The translations under genes were made by a program, and so were the position numbers. The notes below the pieces were generated by a model. The model worked only from the letters and a program-made list of their open reading frames with translations. It ran no database searches and was not told the origin of the DNA. Of a stretch of 64,000 nucleotides of DNA, positions 29,308 through 38,249 are shown one piece after another. Each line of letters begins with the position of its first letter. The first letter of the stretch is position 1. The DNA comes from Ignavibacteria bacterium (GTDB lineage: Bacteria; Bacteroidota; Ignavibacteria; Kapaibacteriales; UBA4661). The stretch is taken from positions 60,051 to 124,050 of the forward strand of contig CANHDJ010000002.1 in the NCBI GenBank assembly GCA_947459425.1, read 5' to 3'.

Positions 29308-30870
29308 ATGGCTTTGACACCTTTCCAACGTTTGTTCTCGCGCTCTGCGGGCGTTTTGGCTCATATTACCTCGCTTCCGTGCCGTTTTGGTATTGGCGAT
29401 ATGGGCAAATCTGCGTATCAGTTTGTTGACTTTTTGAGTGCTGCCAAACAGCGCCTCTGGCAGGTGCTACCGCTTACGCCGACGGGTTACGGCAATAGTC
29501 CGTATTACTCCTATTCCGCAATGGCAGGCAATCACTTACTTATCAGCCCCGATATGCTGAAAGAGCGTGGATATTTGTCGGATAGTGATCTTGCCGATGT
29601 GCCGGATTTTCCTGATGCACAGGTGGATTTTGGCAAGGTGATTCCCTTCAAAATGGCTCTGCTCGAAAAAGCCTTTGCCAATTTTAGCAAGAATGTTTCC
29701 CCAAAAGACAAAGCGGATTTTGAAAAATTTTGTAAGAATAATGACTCGTGGCTCCCTGATTTTGCGCTCTTTGTGGCATTAAAAGATGGAAAGTATGGTG
29801 GACAACCGTGGGATAAATGGGAACAATCAGATCGCCTCCGCGAGAAAAAAGCGATGGACGCTGCCCGCAAAAAATACAAGCACCTTATTGAACTTCATAC
29901 CTTTTTGCAATACGAATTTGCCACCCAATGGCTGGCATTGCGCAAATACGCTAACGACAAAGGCGTTGCCTTGGTTGGCGATATTCCAATTTTTGTGGCG
30001 TACGACTCTGCCGATGTATGGTCGAAAAAAGAAGCATTCCGCTTGGATGACAACGCCATGCCGACGCACGTTGCGGGCGTTCCGCCGGATTATTTCTCGG
30101 TTACGGGGCAGCTTTGGGGAAACCCGCATTACAACTGGGCGCAAATGGAAAAAGACAAATATTCATGGTGGGGCGACCGCTTCCAAAAATGTATCGAACT
30201 CTACGATGTTGTTCGTGTTGACCACTTTAGGGGCTTTGAAGCATTTTGGGAGGTTCCGTTTGGTATGCCGAATGCCATGAAAGGCAAGTGGGTACTTGGT
30301 CCCGGGGCAAAGTTATTCAACGCAATGAAAAAACGTTTTGGTGATTTGCCCGTGATTGCTGAGGATTTGGGCTTGATAACGCCAGAGGTAACGGCATTGC
30401 GCAAAGAATTTGGTATGCCGGGCATGAAAATTCTGCAATTTGGTTACGAAGGCGGCGACCCGACCGATGGCTTTTTGCCGCACAATTACGAGACCGATTG
30501 CGTTGTTTATACCGGAACACACGACAACGACACGACACTCGGCTGGTTCCAAAGCATCGGCGACGACCGCAAACGTGCGGCTCTGGAATACCTCCGCGCT
30601 TCCAGTGAGCCGGAAGTCGTCTGGGAAATGATTCGTGCGGCGTATCTTTCGACGGCATTGTATGCGATTGTGCCGTTGCAAGATGTTCTCACGCTGGGAA
30701 CGGATTTTCGCATGAATTCTCCCGGAAAAGCCGATGGGAACTGGGGCTATCGTTTATTGCCGAATCAACTGGGCGAATGGCATATCACGATGCTTTCCAA
30801 ATTAGCAAAAATTTCTAATCGCCTCGAACCTATTGAAAAAGCACCGATAACGTTGGAATCTACCATTTAG
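29308..30870 (+). CDS. malQ: 4-alpha-glucanotransferase (GH77)
   Basis: WQVLPL, GDIPIFV, GVPPDYFS.TGQLWGNP, RVDHFRG, IAEDLG, TGTHDNDT. Confidence 0.97.
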   Translation: MALTPFQRLFSRSAGVLAHITSLPCRFGIGDMGKSAYQFVDFLSAAKQRLWQVLPLTPTGYGNSPYYSYSAMAGNHLLISPDMLKERGYLSDSDLADVPDFPDAQVDFGKVIPFKMALLEKAFANFSKNVSPKDKADFEKFCKNNDSWLPDFALFVALKDGKYGGQPWDKWEQSDRLREKKAMDAARKKYKHLIELHTFLQYEFATQWLALRKYANDKGVALVGDIPIFVAYDSADVWSKKEAFRLDDNAMPTHVAGVPPDYFSVTGQLWGNPHYNWAQMEKDKYSWWGDRFQKCIELYDVVRVDHFRGFEAFWEVPFGMPNAMKGKWVLGPGAKLFNAMKKRFGDLPVIAEDLGLITPEVTALRKEFGMPGMKILQFGYEGGDPTDGFLPHNYETDCVVYTGTHDNDTTLGWFQSIGDDRKRAALEYLRASSEPEVVWEMIRAAYLSTALYAIVPLQDVLTLGTDFRMNSPGKADGNWGYRLLPNQLGEWHITMLSKLAKISNRLEPIEKAPITLESTI

Positions 30871-30879
30871 GATTTTACC

Positions 30880-31992
30880 ATGACGAGCATCCTGATTATT
30901 GACGACAATAAGCACATTCGCACACAAATCAATCTCGTATTGAAGTTGGAGGGCTACAAAACCTTCATGGCTTCTAACGGGCTTGAGGGGGTGCAGATTG
31001 CTCAGGAGGCTCATCCTAGCTTGGTGATATGCGATATTATGATGCCAGAATTGGATGGTTACGGCGTACTCAGTACCTTGCGCAGCGACCCGGCAACGGC
31101 TGATATTCCCTTTCTGTTCCTTTCGGCAAAAGCAGAAAAGCACGATATTCGGCAAGGGATGAATTTGGGCGCAGACGATTATCTTTGGAAGCCCTTCAGC
31201 ACCGAAGATTTGATTAAAGCGATTCAAGCACGGTTGGATAGGCACGAAACCACACGCCGCGTCATATCCCAGCAACTTTCGCCCCTTGCCGCACTATCAC
31301 TGACCCGCGACCGATTCTTGTCCTTGATGACGCACGATCTCAAGAGCGCTTTCACGGGTGTTATCGGGCTTGCAGAATTGATGTCCGCGAAATATCAGGA
31401 TATGTCGGCGGAAGAGTTCGACGAAACACTGCAACTGATGAACGAGACGGTTCAATCCACCTACGGCTTGTTAGATTCATTTTTGGAATGGTCGCGTTTG
31501 CAAATTGGCGGTATGTCTGCCTCGCCGCATAATTTCGACCTGCATTTGAGCCTCTTGCGCGTCACGTCGCTATTGACCGCAAATGCAAACAATAAGAAAA
31601 TCAAACTGCACAATACCATTCCCGAAGAAACCCGCTTATATGCGGATGAACGGATGACCGAAGCAATTCTGCGCAACCTGCTCTACAATGCCGTGAAATT
31701 CACCAATTTGGGCGGGACAGTGACCATACGTTGCCAAGACGATGACAGCGACAAAACGATGCTCCGCATTGCTGTCGAAGATACAGGTATCGGTATAAGC
31801 GAAGAAGATATTGTGCGGCTTCTGGAGCCGGAAAATGAATTTACCACGCTTGGCACGTTTGGCGAGAAGGGAACGGGGCTTGGGGTGCTGTTTTGCCGCG
31901 AACTTGCCGAGAAAAACGGCGGAACGTTGCGTATAGAAAGTATTAAAAATTACGGCTCGACGTTTTCATTTACCTTGCCCAAAGCGCGATAA
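30880..31992 (+). CDS. Hybrid response regulator / histidine kinase (REC-HisKA-HATPase)
   Basis: IIDDN, CDIMMP, KPF; THDLKS; NLLYNAVKF, DTGIG, GTGLG. Confidence 0.93.
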   Translation: MTSILIIDDNKHIRTQINLVLKLEGYKTFMASNGLEGVQIAQEAHPSLVICDIMMPELDGYGVLSTLRSDPATADIPFLFLSAKAEKHDIRQGMNLGADDYLWKPFSTEDLIKAIQARLDRHETTRRVISQQLSPLAALSLTRDRFLSLMTHDLKSAFTGVIGLAELMSAKYQDMSAEEFDETLQLMNETVQSTYGLLDSFLEWSRLQIGGMSASPHNFDLHLSLLRVTSLLTANANNKKIKLHNTIPEETRLYADERMTEAILRNLLYNAVKFTNLGGTVTIRCQDDDSDKTMLRIAVEDTGIGISEEDIVRLLEPENEFTTLGTFGEKGTGLGVLFCRELAEKNGGTLRIESIKNYGSTFSFTLPKAR

Positions 31993-31993
31993 T

Positions 31994-32971
31994 ATGCCTC
32001 CAAAGCGCCCTGACGCTATCGCCATCGTCGGTGCGACTGCCTCCGGCAAAACCGCTACATCGCTTGAACTCGCATTCTTGCTGGGCTTGCATAATGATTT
32101 TGCCTTCCCGATGGAAATTATTTCCGCCGATTCCCGCCAAGTCTATCGCCACCTCACTATCGGCACTGCCAAGCCTTCCCCGTCGGATTTATCCCTTGTG
32201 CCGCATCATTTTATTGACGAAAAAAATCCTGATGAACGCTTCAGCGCAGGCGATTTCGGCACAGAAGCCGCATTACGCCTCGCTTCGGTGCGTGAGCGGG
32301 GGAAATTTCCTGTGATTGTTGGCGGCGCGGGCTTGTATGTGCAGGCGCTCACCGACGGTTTTTTTGATGAAGCCGCCGGAGTGAGTAATGATGCGGACTA
32401 CGAGGCAGCCATAGCCACTGAGCGCAAGCACCTTGAGGATGAATTAGCGGAGTATGGTATTGAGCGGCTTATTGAAGAACTCCAGCGTCTTGACCCTGTT
32501 TCTGCCCAGAAATACGCCGACCGCAATCCCCGTCGTATTATTCGCGCTTTGGAATACTGCCGCACGGCAGGCAAACCCTTCTCGGAAGCGCATCAAACCT
32601 CGCACGTGGAGCGCACCTTTGCAACGCGCTTTTTTGGTGTTCACGCCCAGCGCGAGGAACTCTACAAGCGCATCAATGCTCGTGCTGAAGCGATGTTTAC
32701 CGATGGTTTGCTGGAAGAAACCTCGTCTGTGCTTGCAATGGGATATGCACCAACCTTGAATGCTCTGAATACCGTTGGCTACAAGGAGTCGCTTGCGCAT
32801 TTGCGCGGTGAAATCTCGCTTGCGCGGGCTATTGAGTTGACGCAGCAAAACACGCGGCGTTACGCCAAGCGCCAACTGACATGGTTCCGCCGCGACACGC
32901 GCATCGAATGGCTTTCGGGAGCGCCGGAGGAGATTGCGCACCAGATTATTACGTTGATGAGGGGCGGTTGA
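31994..32971 (+). CDS. miaA: tRNA dimethylallyltransferase
   Basis: GATASGKT, SADSRQVY, GTAKP, VGGAGLY, TRRYAKRQLTWF. Confidence 0.97.
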   Translation: MPPKRPDAIAIVGATASGKTATSLELAFLLGLHNDFAFPMEIISADSRQVYRHLTIGTAKPSPSDLSLVPHHFIDEKNPDERFSAGDFGTEAALRLASVRERGKFPVIVGGAGLYVQALTDGFFDEAAGVSNDADYEAAIATERKHLEDELAEYGIERLIEELQRLDPVSAQKYADRNPRRIIRALEYCRTAGKPFSEAHQTSHVERTFATRFFGVHAQREELYKRINARAEAMFTDGLLEETSSVLAMGYAPTLNALNTVGYKESLAHLRGEISLARAIELTQQNTRRYAKRQLTWFRRDTRIEWLSGAPEEIAHQIITLMRGG

Positions 32972-33109
32972 TGATGCGTGCGTGCGGTGGCACGTGTGAA
33001 CATCCTGTGAAAAAGGTTATTTTTTACTCCGCGCTCAAAATTGTATTTTGCAAGCCGCTTTCCTTCAATCGTGGCAAGCGGCTTTTTTTTTATTTTCATA
33101 CCCCACAGC

Positions 33110-33703
33110 ATGAATACGCCCTTTACCGAACGCCCCGCCACGGAGCGCCATGTTTTGCCTTACGGCTCAATTGAAGTCATTGCCGGATGTATGTTTAGCG
33201 GTAAAACTGAAGAACTTATCCGCCGCCTTCGTCGCTCGCAAATCGCCAAACAGCGCGTGGAGATTTTTAAGCCCGTGATTGATGACCGATACAGCGCGAC
33301 TGAGGTGGTGTCTCACAGCCAACACCGCATTGCTTCTCGTATTGTCAAGCATTCTTCGGAAATTTTGGCTCATGCCAGCGAAGCCGATGTGATTGGCGTG
33401 GATGAGGCGCAATTTTTTGATGAAGGTATTGTGGAGGTATGCGAAAAGCTGGCAAATGAAGGAAAACGGGTAATTGTTGCGGGGTTGGATTTGGATTATC
33501 GTGGCAAGCCGTTTGGTCCGATGCCGTATTTGATGGCAGTTGCCGAATACGTGACCAAGACAATGGCGGTATGTATGCAATCGGGCTTGCCGGCATCGCG
33601 GACGCAGCGCTTGACGGCAAGCCATGAGCTAGTTGTTGTGGGGCATACCGACCAGTATGAGGCACGGCATAGGGCTTTTTATGAGCCGCCGCAAGAGGCA
33701 TGA
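33110..33703 (+). CDS. tdk: Thymidine kinase (type II), degenerate zinc site
   Basis: GCMFSGKTEEL, FKPVIDDRY, DEAQFF, AGLDLDYRGKPF. Confidence 0.96.
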   Translation: MNTPFTERPATERHVLPYGSIEVIAGCMFSGKTEELIRRLRRSQIAKQRVEIFKPVIDDRYSATEVVSHSQHRIASRIVKHSSEILAHASEADVIGVDEAQFFDEGIVEVCEKLANEGKRVIVAGLDLDYRGKPFGPMPYLMAVAEYVTKTMAVCMQSGLPASRTQRLTASHELVVVGHTDQYEARHRAFYEPPQEA

Positions 33704-33706
33704 GCT

Positions 33707-34027
33707 ATGATTTTTGACCATCGCGCCTTTACAGAAGCAATCGCCGACGGGCGCATAGAATGGCGGAAACACGTTCTTGCGCGGCTACTTGAGCGTGGTA
33801 TCAGCCAAGCCTGTGTTATGGACTGTGCTTGTGCTGGCGTGTGCATTCAGGCATACCCCGACGATATGCCGTTACCAAGCGCACTGGTCTTTGCAATGGT
33901 AGACAATGAGCCGTTACACGTTGTGGTGGCATTTGACGAAGAAGCAAAAAAAACGTACATTATCACGGCATACAAGCCTTCATCGGATATTTTTGAAACG
34001 GATTTTATGACACGGAAAAAGAAATGA
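33707..34027 (+). CDS. DUF4258 family putative toxin
   Basis: WRKHVLARLLERGI, IQAYPDD..PSALV, PLHVVVA, IITAYKP. Confidence 0.85.
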   Translation: MIFDHRAFTEAIADGRIEWRKHVLARLLERGISQACVMDCACAGVCIQAYPDDMPLPSALVFAMVDNEPLHVVVAFDEEAKKTYIITAYKPSSDIFETDFMTRKKK

Positions 34028-34263
34028 GTACGACACATCAAGAATCTTGTCCGCTTTGTGGCGGTATGGTCGAACAAGGCTGCACCACCTTCAGCGCGGA
34101 CATTCAAGGACGGCTATTTGTGGCACGGCACGTTCCGGCGAAAGTCTGCGATCAATGCGGCGAAGAATGGATTGAGAACAGCACCGCACAAGAATTAGAG
34201 CGTCTTGCAATGACGACCGTGGCTGCACGTCGAGCAATAGAGGCTGTTTCATTGGCGGCATGA
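34024..34263 (+). CDS. YgiT-type zinc finger (MqsA N-terminal-like) putative antitoxin
   Basis: CPLCGG..HVPAKVCDQCGEEW; ATGA overlap with DUF4258 gene. Confidence 0.85.
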   Translation: MSTTHQESCPLCGGMVEQGCTTFSADIQGRLFVARHVPAKVCDQCGEEWIENSTAQELERLAMTTVAARRAIEAVSLAA

Positions 34264-34310
34264 ACACTCTGAAGCCTCATATATCCAATTCACCCCATCT
34301 TCATTTTTTC

Positions 34311-35432
34311 ATGTATCAACTCCTCGCCCAAGACCCACATTCCAAAGCCCGTGCCGGGCTTATTACAACCGACAGAGGTGTGATTGAAACACCAATTTTT
34401 ATGCCTGTCGGGACACAAGGTACAGTCAAGGCAATTGAGCAGCGAGAACTGTTGGAGCTTGGCGCACAAATTATCTTGGGCAACACCTATCACCTGTATT
34501 TGCGCCCAACAGAGGACGTTTTGTCGAAAATGGGTGGCTTACACAAGTTCATGAATTGGCAAAAACCAATATTGACCGATAGCGGCGGTTTCCAGGTGTT
34601 TTCGCTGAAGGAGTTGATGAAATTAACGGAGGACGGCGCGGCTTTTTCTTCGCATATTGACGGATCGAAACATTTCTTTTCGCCAGAGCGTGTGATGGAG
34701 ATTCAACGCTGCATCGGCTCGGATATTATGATGTTGCTGGACGAATGCACATCGTTTCCCGCCACACACGACGAAGCAAAGCGCTCTATGGAGCGCTCCA
34801 TGCGCTGGGCGCAGCGTTGCAAAACAGCACTCGAAGGCTCAGAACCACGCTACGGCGCACGGCAATTCGCTTTCGGTATCGGGCAGGGGAGCGTTTATAA
34901 AGATTTGCGGCGCGAATCACTGGAAACACTCATAAATATTGGCTTTGATGGCTATGCCATTGGCGGCTTGGCAGTTGGTGAGAAAGCGGAAATTATGTAT
35001 GACATCGTTGATTTTTCGACCGATTATATGCCGCAGAACCAGCCCCGTTATTTAATGGGTGTTGGAACACCACAAAATATTTTGTCATGTATTGAGCGCG
35101 GCGTGGATATGTTCGATTGTGTCATGCCCACGCGCAATGCCCGCAATGCACAACTGTTTACCACCACTGGGCGCATCAATCTTCGCAATGCAAAATATCG
35201 TTTCGACGAAACGCCTATTGATGCGGGCTTGGAGAACTATGCGAGTACGAATTTTTCCCGCGCCTATTTACGGCATTTATTCATGGCAGATGAAATTCTG
35301 GCGCTGCAACTGGCTTCGCAGCACAATATTGCTTTTTATCTTTGGCTTGCCCGAACAGCGCGACAGCACATTCTTGAAGGCACGTACACGGCGTGGAAAC
35401 GGAGTTTTTTGGAGCAGTGGTATCCGCAGTGA
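34311..35432 (+). CDS. tgt: Queuine tRNA-ribosyltransferase
   Basis: FMPVGTQG, LGNTYHL, TDSGGFQVFSL, GGLAVGE, MGVG, DCVMPTRNAR. Confidence 0.98.
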   Translation: MYQLLAQDPHSKARAGLITTDRGVIETPIFMPVGTQGTVKAIEQRELLELGAQIILGNTYHLYLRPTEDVLSKMGGLHKFMNWQKPILTDSGGFQVFSLKELMKLTEDGAAFSSHIDGSKHFFSPERVMEIQRCIGSDIMMLLDECTSFPATHDEAKRSMERSMRWAQRCKTALEGSEPRYGARQFAFGIGQGSVYKDLRRESLETLINIGFDGYAIGGLAVGEKAEIMYDIVDFSTDYMPQNQPRYLMGVGTPQNILSCIERGVDMFDCVMPTRNARNAQLFTTTGRINLRNAKYRFDETPIDAGLENYASTNFSRAYLRHLFMADEILALQLASQHNIAFYLWLARTARQHILEGTYTAWKRSFLEQWYPQ

Positions 35433-35452
35433 GCCTCAGCAATATTCCGTAT

Positions 35453-36064
35453 TCACGATTCAGCAGTACGTTTCCGCCACAAGCGATACAAACCAAAACA
35501 CACTAAAGCAGCAATTAACACAATCAGCAACACTTTACCATAGAGTTGAAGATATTCATCCATTTTCAACCAGTTTTTCCCCAACATTGCTCCGGCACCC
35601 AAAAGAATTGCATTCCAGACGGCAGCGCTTACCACACTCAGCAGTGTTGTTGTGCCGAGTGGCATTTTTGCAATTCCGGCAACCATCGAAATAACTGCTC
35701 GCGTACCAGACAGAAAACGGTTGGCGACAATCACCCAGAAACCATAGCGCCTGAACCAATCCTCTGCACGCTGTATGCCATCAACTGGCAGGAAGCGGAA
35801 GCGTTTTGATTCGATAATTTGAACACCATAGCGCTCACCGACCCAATACATGGCAAGAAAGCCAAGGACACTTCCAAGTGTTGCTGAGGCAATCATCGGC
35901 GCGAATCCTACTGTTCCCAAGCCGATGAGCGTACCGCAAAAAACGAGAATCGTATCGCTCGGCGAGGGCGGGAAAACATTTTCCAACAAGGTAATAAAGC
36001 AGACAAACGCCAGCACGCCGAGTGGTGGCAGCCCTTGGATAAATTCGACAGCATATTCGAGCAT
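35453..36064 (-). CDS. DedA family membrane protein
   Basis: LENVFPPSPSD, GSVLGF..YWVG, RFLSGTRAVISMVAG; ATG 36064 chosen. Confidence 0.92.
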   Translation of the reverse strand: MLEYAVEFIQGLPPLGVLAFVCFITLLENVFPPSPSDTILVFCGTLIGLGTVGFAPMIASATLGSVLGFLAMYWVGERYGVQIIESKRFRFLPVDGIQRAEDWFRRYGFWVIVANRFLSGTRAVISMVAGIAKMPLGTTTLLSVVSAAVWNAILLGAGAMLGKNWLKMDEYLQLYGKVLLIVLIAALVCFGLYRLWRKRTAES

Positions 36065-36382
36065 AATGGCGTTTTGGTCTAATGGGAGAGAAATACTCGT
36101 ATCCGCCAAAGATACAAAATGTCTCTTTTCTTCGGAGAATTTCTTTCTTCGTCGTTGGAGGTATATTTCCACGATACGGAAGAATGCTCCATTTGATGCG
36201 GTATTACGGGATGATAAAGAAACTTTTTTTATTGAATGCTTTTCGGCGCTTCCGCATTTTGCCGACAAGTTGTATATTGCGGTTTCTATCATAATAATTG
36301 ATATATCAACTACCTTGTGGCATAAATACTGATTTTTCTTTCATGTAGCTGTACTATCGGCTTTTTTGCAAGGAGCGTTCTT

Positions 36383-37606
36383 GTGGATTTGTTTCAAAAA
36401 TGTTTAGAATTTACCCGCGCCGATGAAGTCAAGGCGCTTGATATGTACCCTTATTTCCGCGCAGTACAGGAAAACGAAGGTCCTGTGGTCATGATGGAAG
36501 GGCGCAAAGTCGTTATGGCTGGCTCGAATAATTATCTCGGACTCACCGGACATCCGCGCGTCCGCGAAGCCGCCAAACGTGCCATTGACAAGTACGGCAC
36601 AAGCTGTTCCGGCTCTCGGTATTTGACTGGCACAATCGATCTCCACAACGAACTGGAAGCACGTTTTGCAAAGTTCTTGGGATACGAATCGGTGCTGCTC
36701 TACAGCACTGGCTACCAAACCGCTCTTGGTGTCGTTTCTGGCTTGGTGCAGCGCGGTGACTATGTTATCTCCGATAAAGAGAATCACGCGTGTATTGTTA
36801 ACGGCGCATTGCTGGCAAAAGGTGCGTTGGCAGAGTTTGTCCGCTACAAACACAATGACATGGCGGATTTAGAGCGTGTTCTTGCCAAAATACCCGATTC
36901 CGCCGGGAAACTCATCGTCACCGACGGTGTATTTTCCGTAACTGGTGCAATTGTGAACCTACCGGAAATTGTCAAACTTGCGAAAAAATATGACGCAAGA
37001 GTGTTAGTGGATGATGCCCATTCTACGGGTGTTATTGGCAAAGGCGGACGCGGCACGGCAAGTCATTTCGGCATCGAAGCTGATATGACGATGGGAACAT
37101 TCTCAAAAACCTTTGCGTCCTTGGGCGGCTTTATTGGCGGTCCTGAGCGCGTGATTAACTATCTCAAACACAATTCCCCAGCGCTGATTTTTAGTGCCAG
37201 CCCGACTCCGGCATCGTGCGGTGCAGCACTGGAAGCACTCACCATATTGGAAGAGCAGCCGGAACTTGTTGACCAGTTAGTCAAAAACGCCGCTTACGCC
37301 CGAAAAGGCTTGCGAGAAAAGGGTTTTCAAGTGCTGGACGCACAAACGGGCATCGTTCCGGTTATCGTCGGTTCGCTCGAAAATGCGCTGATGTACTGGC
37401 GGCAACTCTATGACCGCGATGTTTTTGTGAATGCCTTTGTTCCACCGGGCGTACCGCCGAATATGAGCATGATGCGCACCAGTTATATGGCTTCGCACGA
37501 ACAAGTTCATCTTGACCGTATCATCGAAGCATTTGATGAAGTCGGTACGGTGCTTGGTTTTCGTGGTGCAACTGCCAATGGTCAAGCCGTAGGCGCTGCA
37601 CATTAG
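36383..37606 (+). CDS. spt: Serine palmitoyltransferase (alpha-oxoamine synthase family)
   Basis: GTG start with AAGGAG; YPYFR, GSNNYLGL, GSRYLTGT, DDAH, GTFSKT PLP motif; N-terminus resembles Bacteroidota SPT more than BioF/Kbl. Confidence 0.75.
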   Translation: MDLFQKCLEFTRADEVKALDMYPYFRAVQENEGPVVMMEGRKVVMAGSNNYLGLTGHPRVREAAKRAIDKYGTSCSGSRYLTGTIDLHNELEARFAKFLGYESVLLYSTGYQTALGVVSGLVQRGDYVISDKENHACIVNGALLAKGALAEFVRYKHNDMADLERVLAKIPDSAGKLIVTDGVFSVTGAIVNLPEIVKLAKKYDARVLVDDAHSTGVIGKGGRGTASHFGIEADMTMGTFSKTFASLGGFIGGPERVINYLKHNSPALIFSASPTPASCGAALEALTILEEQPELVDQLVKNAAYARKGLREKGFQVLDAQTGIVPVIVGSLENALMYWRQLYDRDVFVNAFVPPGVPPNMSMMRTSYMASHEQVHLDRIIEAFDEVGTVLGFRGATANGQAVGAAH

Positions 37607-37687
37607 GAGAATTAACCTTCTTGGGCGGCTGGAGAGAGAAATATTACTTGCTTTCAGCCGCCAAAGATTGTTTTGGAAAGAAAAAAA

Positions 37688-37719
37688 TTTGGAAAAACGT
37701 TGGAAGGCTCGTAAATTTG
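37688..37719 (+). promoter_or_regulatory. Bacteroidota-type promoter for tRNA-Thr
   Basis: TTTG 37688-37691, 20-nt spacer, TAAATTTG 37712-37719. Confidence 0.75.
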
Positions 37720-37752
37720 TAATCTCTTTTTGAACGCCTGTCAAAAAGTCAT

Positions 37753-37825
37753 GCCAACCTAGCTCAGCTGGTAGAGCAGCTCATTCGTAATGAGCAGGCC
37801 GTCGGTTCGAATCCGATGGTTGGCT
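37753..37825 (+). tRNA. tRNA-Thr(CGT)
   Basis: Acceptor GCCAACC/GGTTGGC, D-arm AGCTCAGCTGGTAGAGC, anticodon GCTCA-TTCGTAA-TGAGC, GGTTCGAATCC. Confidence 0.97.
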
Positions 37826-37830
37826 CGAAG

Positions 37831-37865
37831 AAAAAGCCCGTTACACTTGATGTGACGGGCTTTTT
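37831..37865 (+). terminator. Intrinsic terminator after tRNA-Thr
   Basis: AAAAAGCCCGTTACA..TGTGACGGGCTTTTT. Confidence 0.85.
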
Positions 37866-38249
37866 GTTGAAAAAATCGCTACGCGAGTAATTGGAAAACA
37901 ATCCAAATTTTTCGTCGGTTATCGATCTCGTCCTGCTTTCATCTCATTCTGAAACGTTTTCAGAAAACGCCTCGCACAATGTTTCATTGTAAGGCACGGC
38001 AAAGGCATATTTTTCGGGGAGTAATAGAGGATGTTTTGACTGTTTCCATGCTTTTCTTATCTTGGGTTTACCCGAAGTACAGACGCGAAGCCTTCTTGGA
38101 TAAATGTGGAAAAATTCCCGCCGCAATCGCTTGATAAACACTTGAAATGGCACGTATTTTGGGTAAATTACCAGAGGAGTATTCTCAGCGCGAAAACCAT
38201 GCCGTGCTGCTTGCTTCTCCGAACCATTGTTGCATATTTTTTCTCGTCC

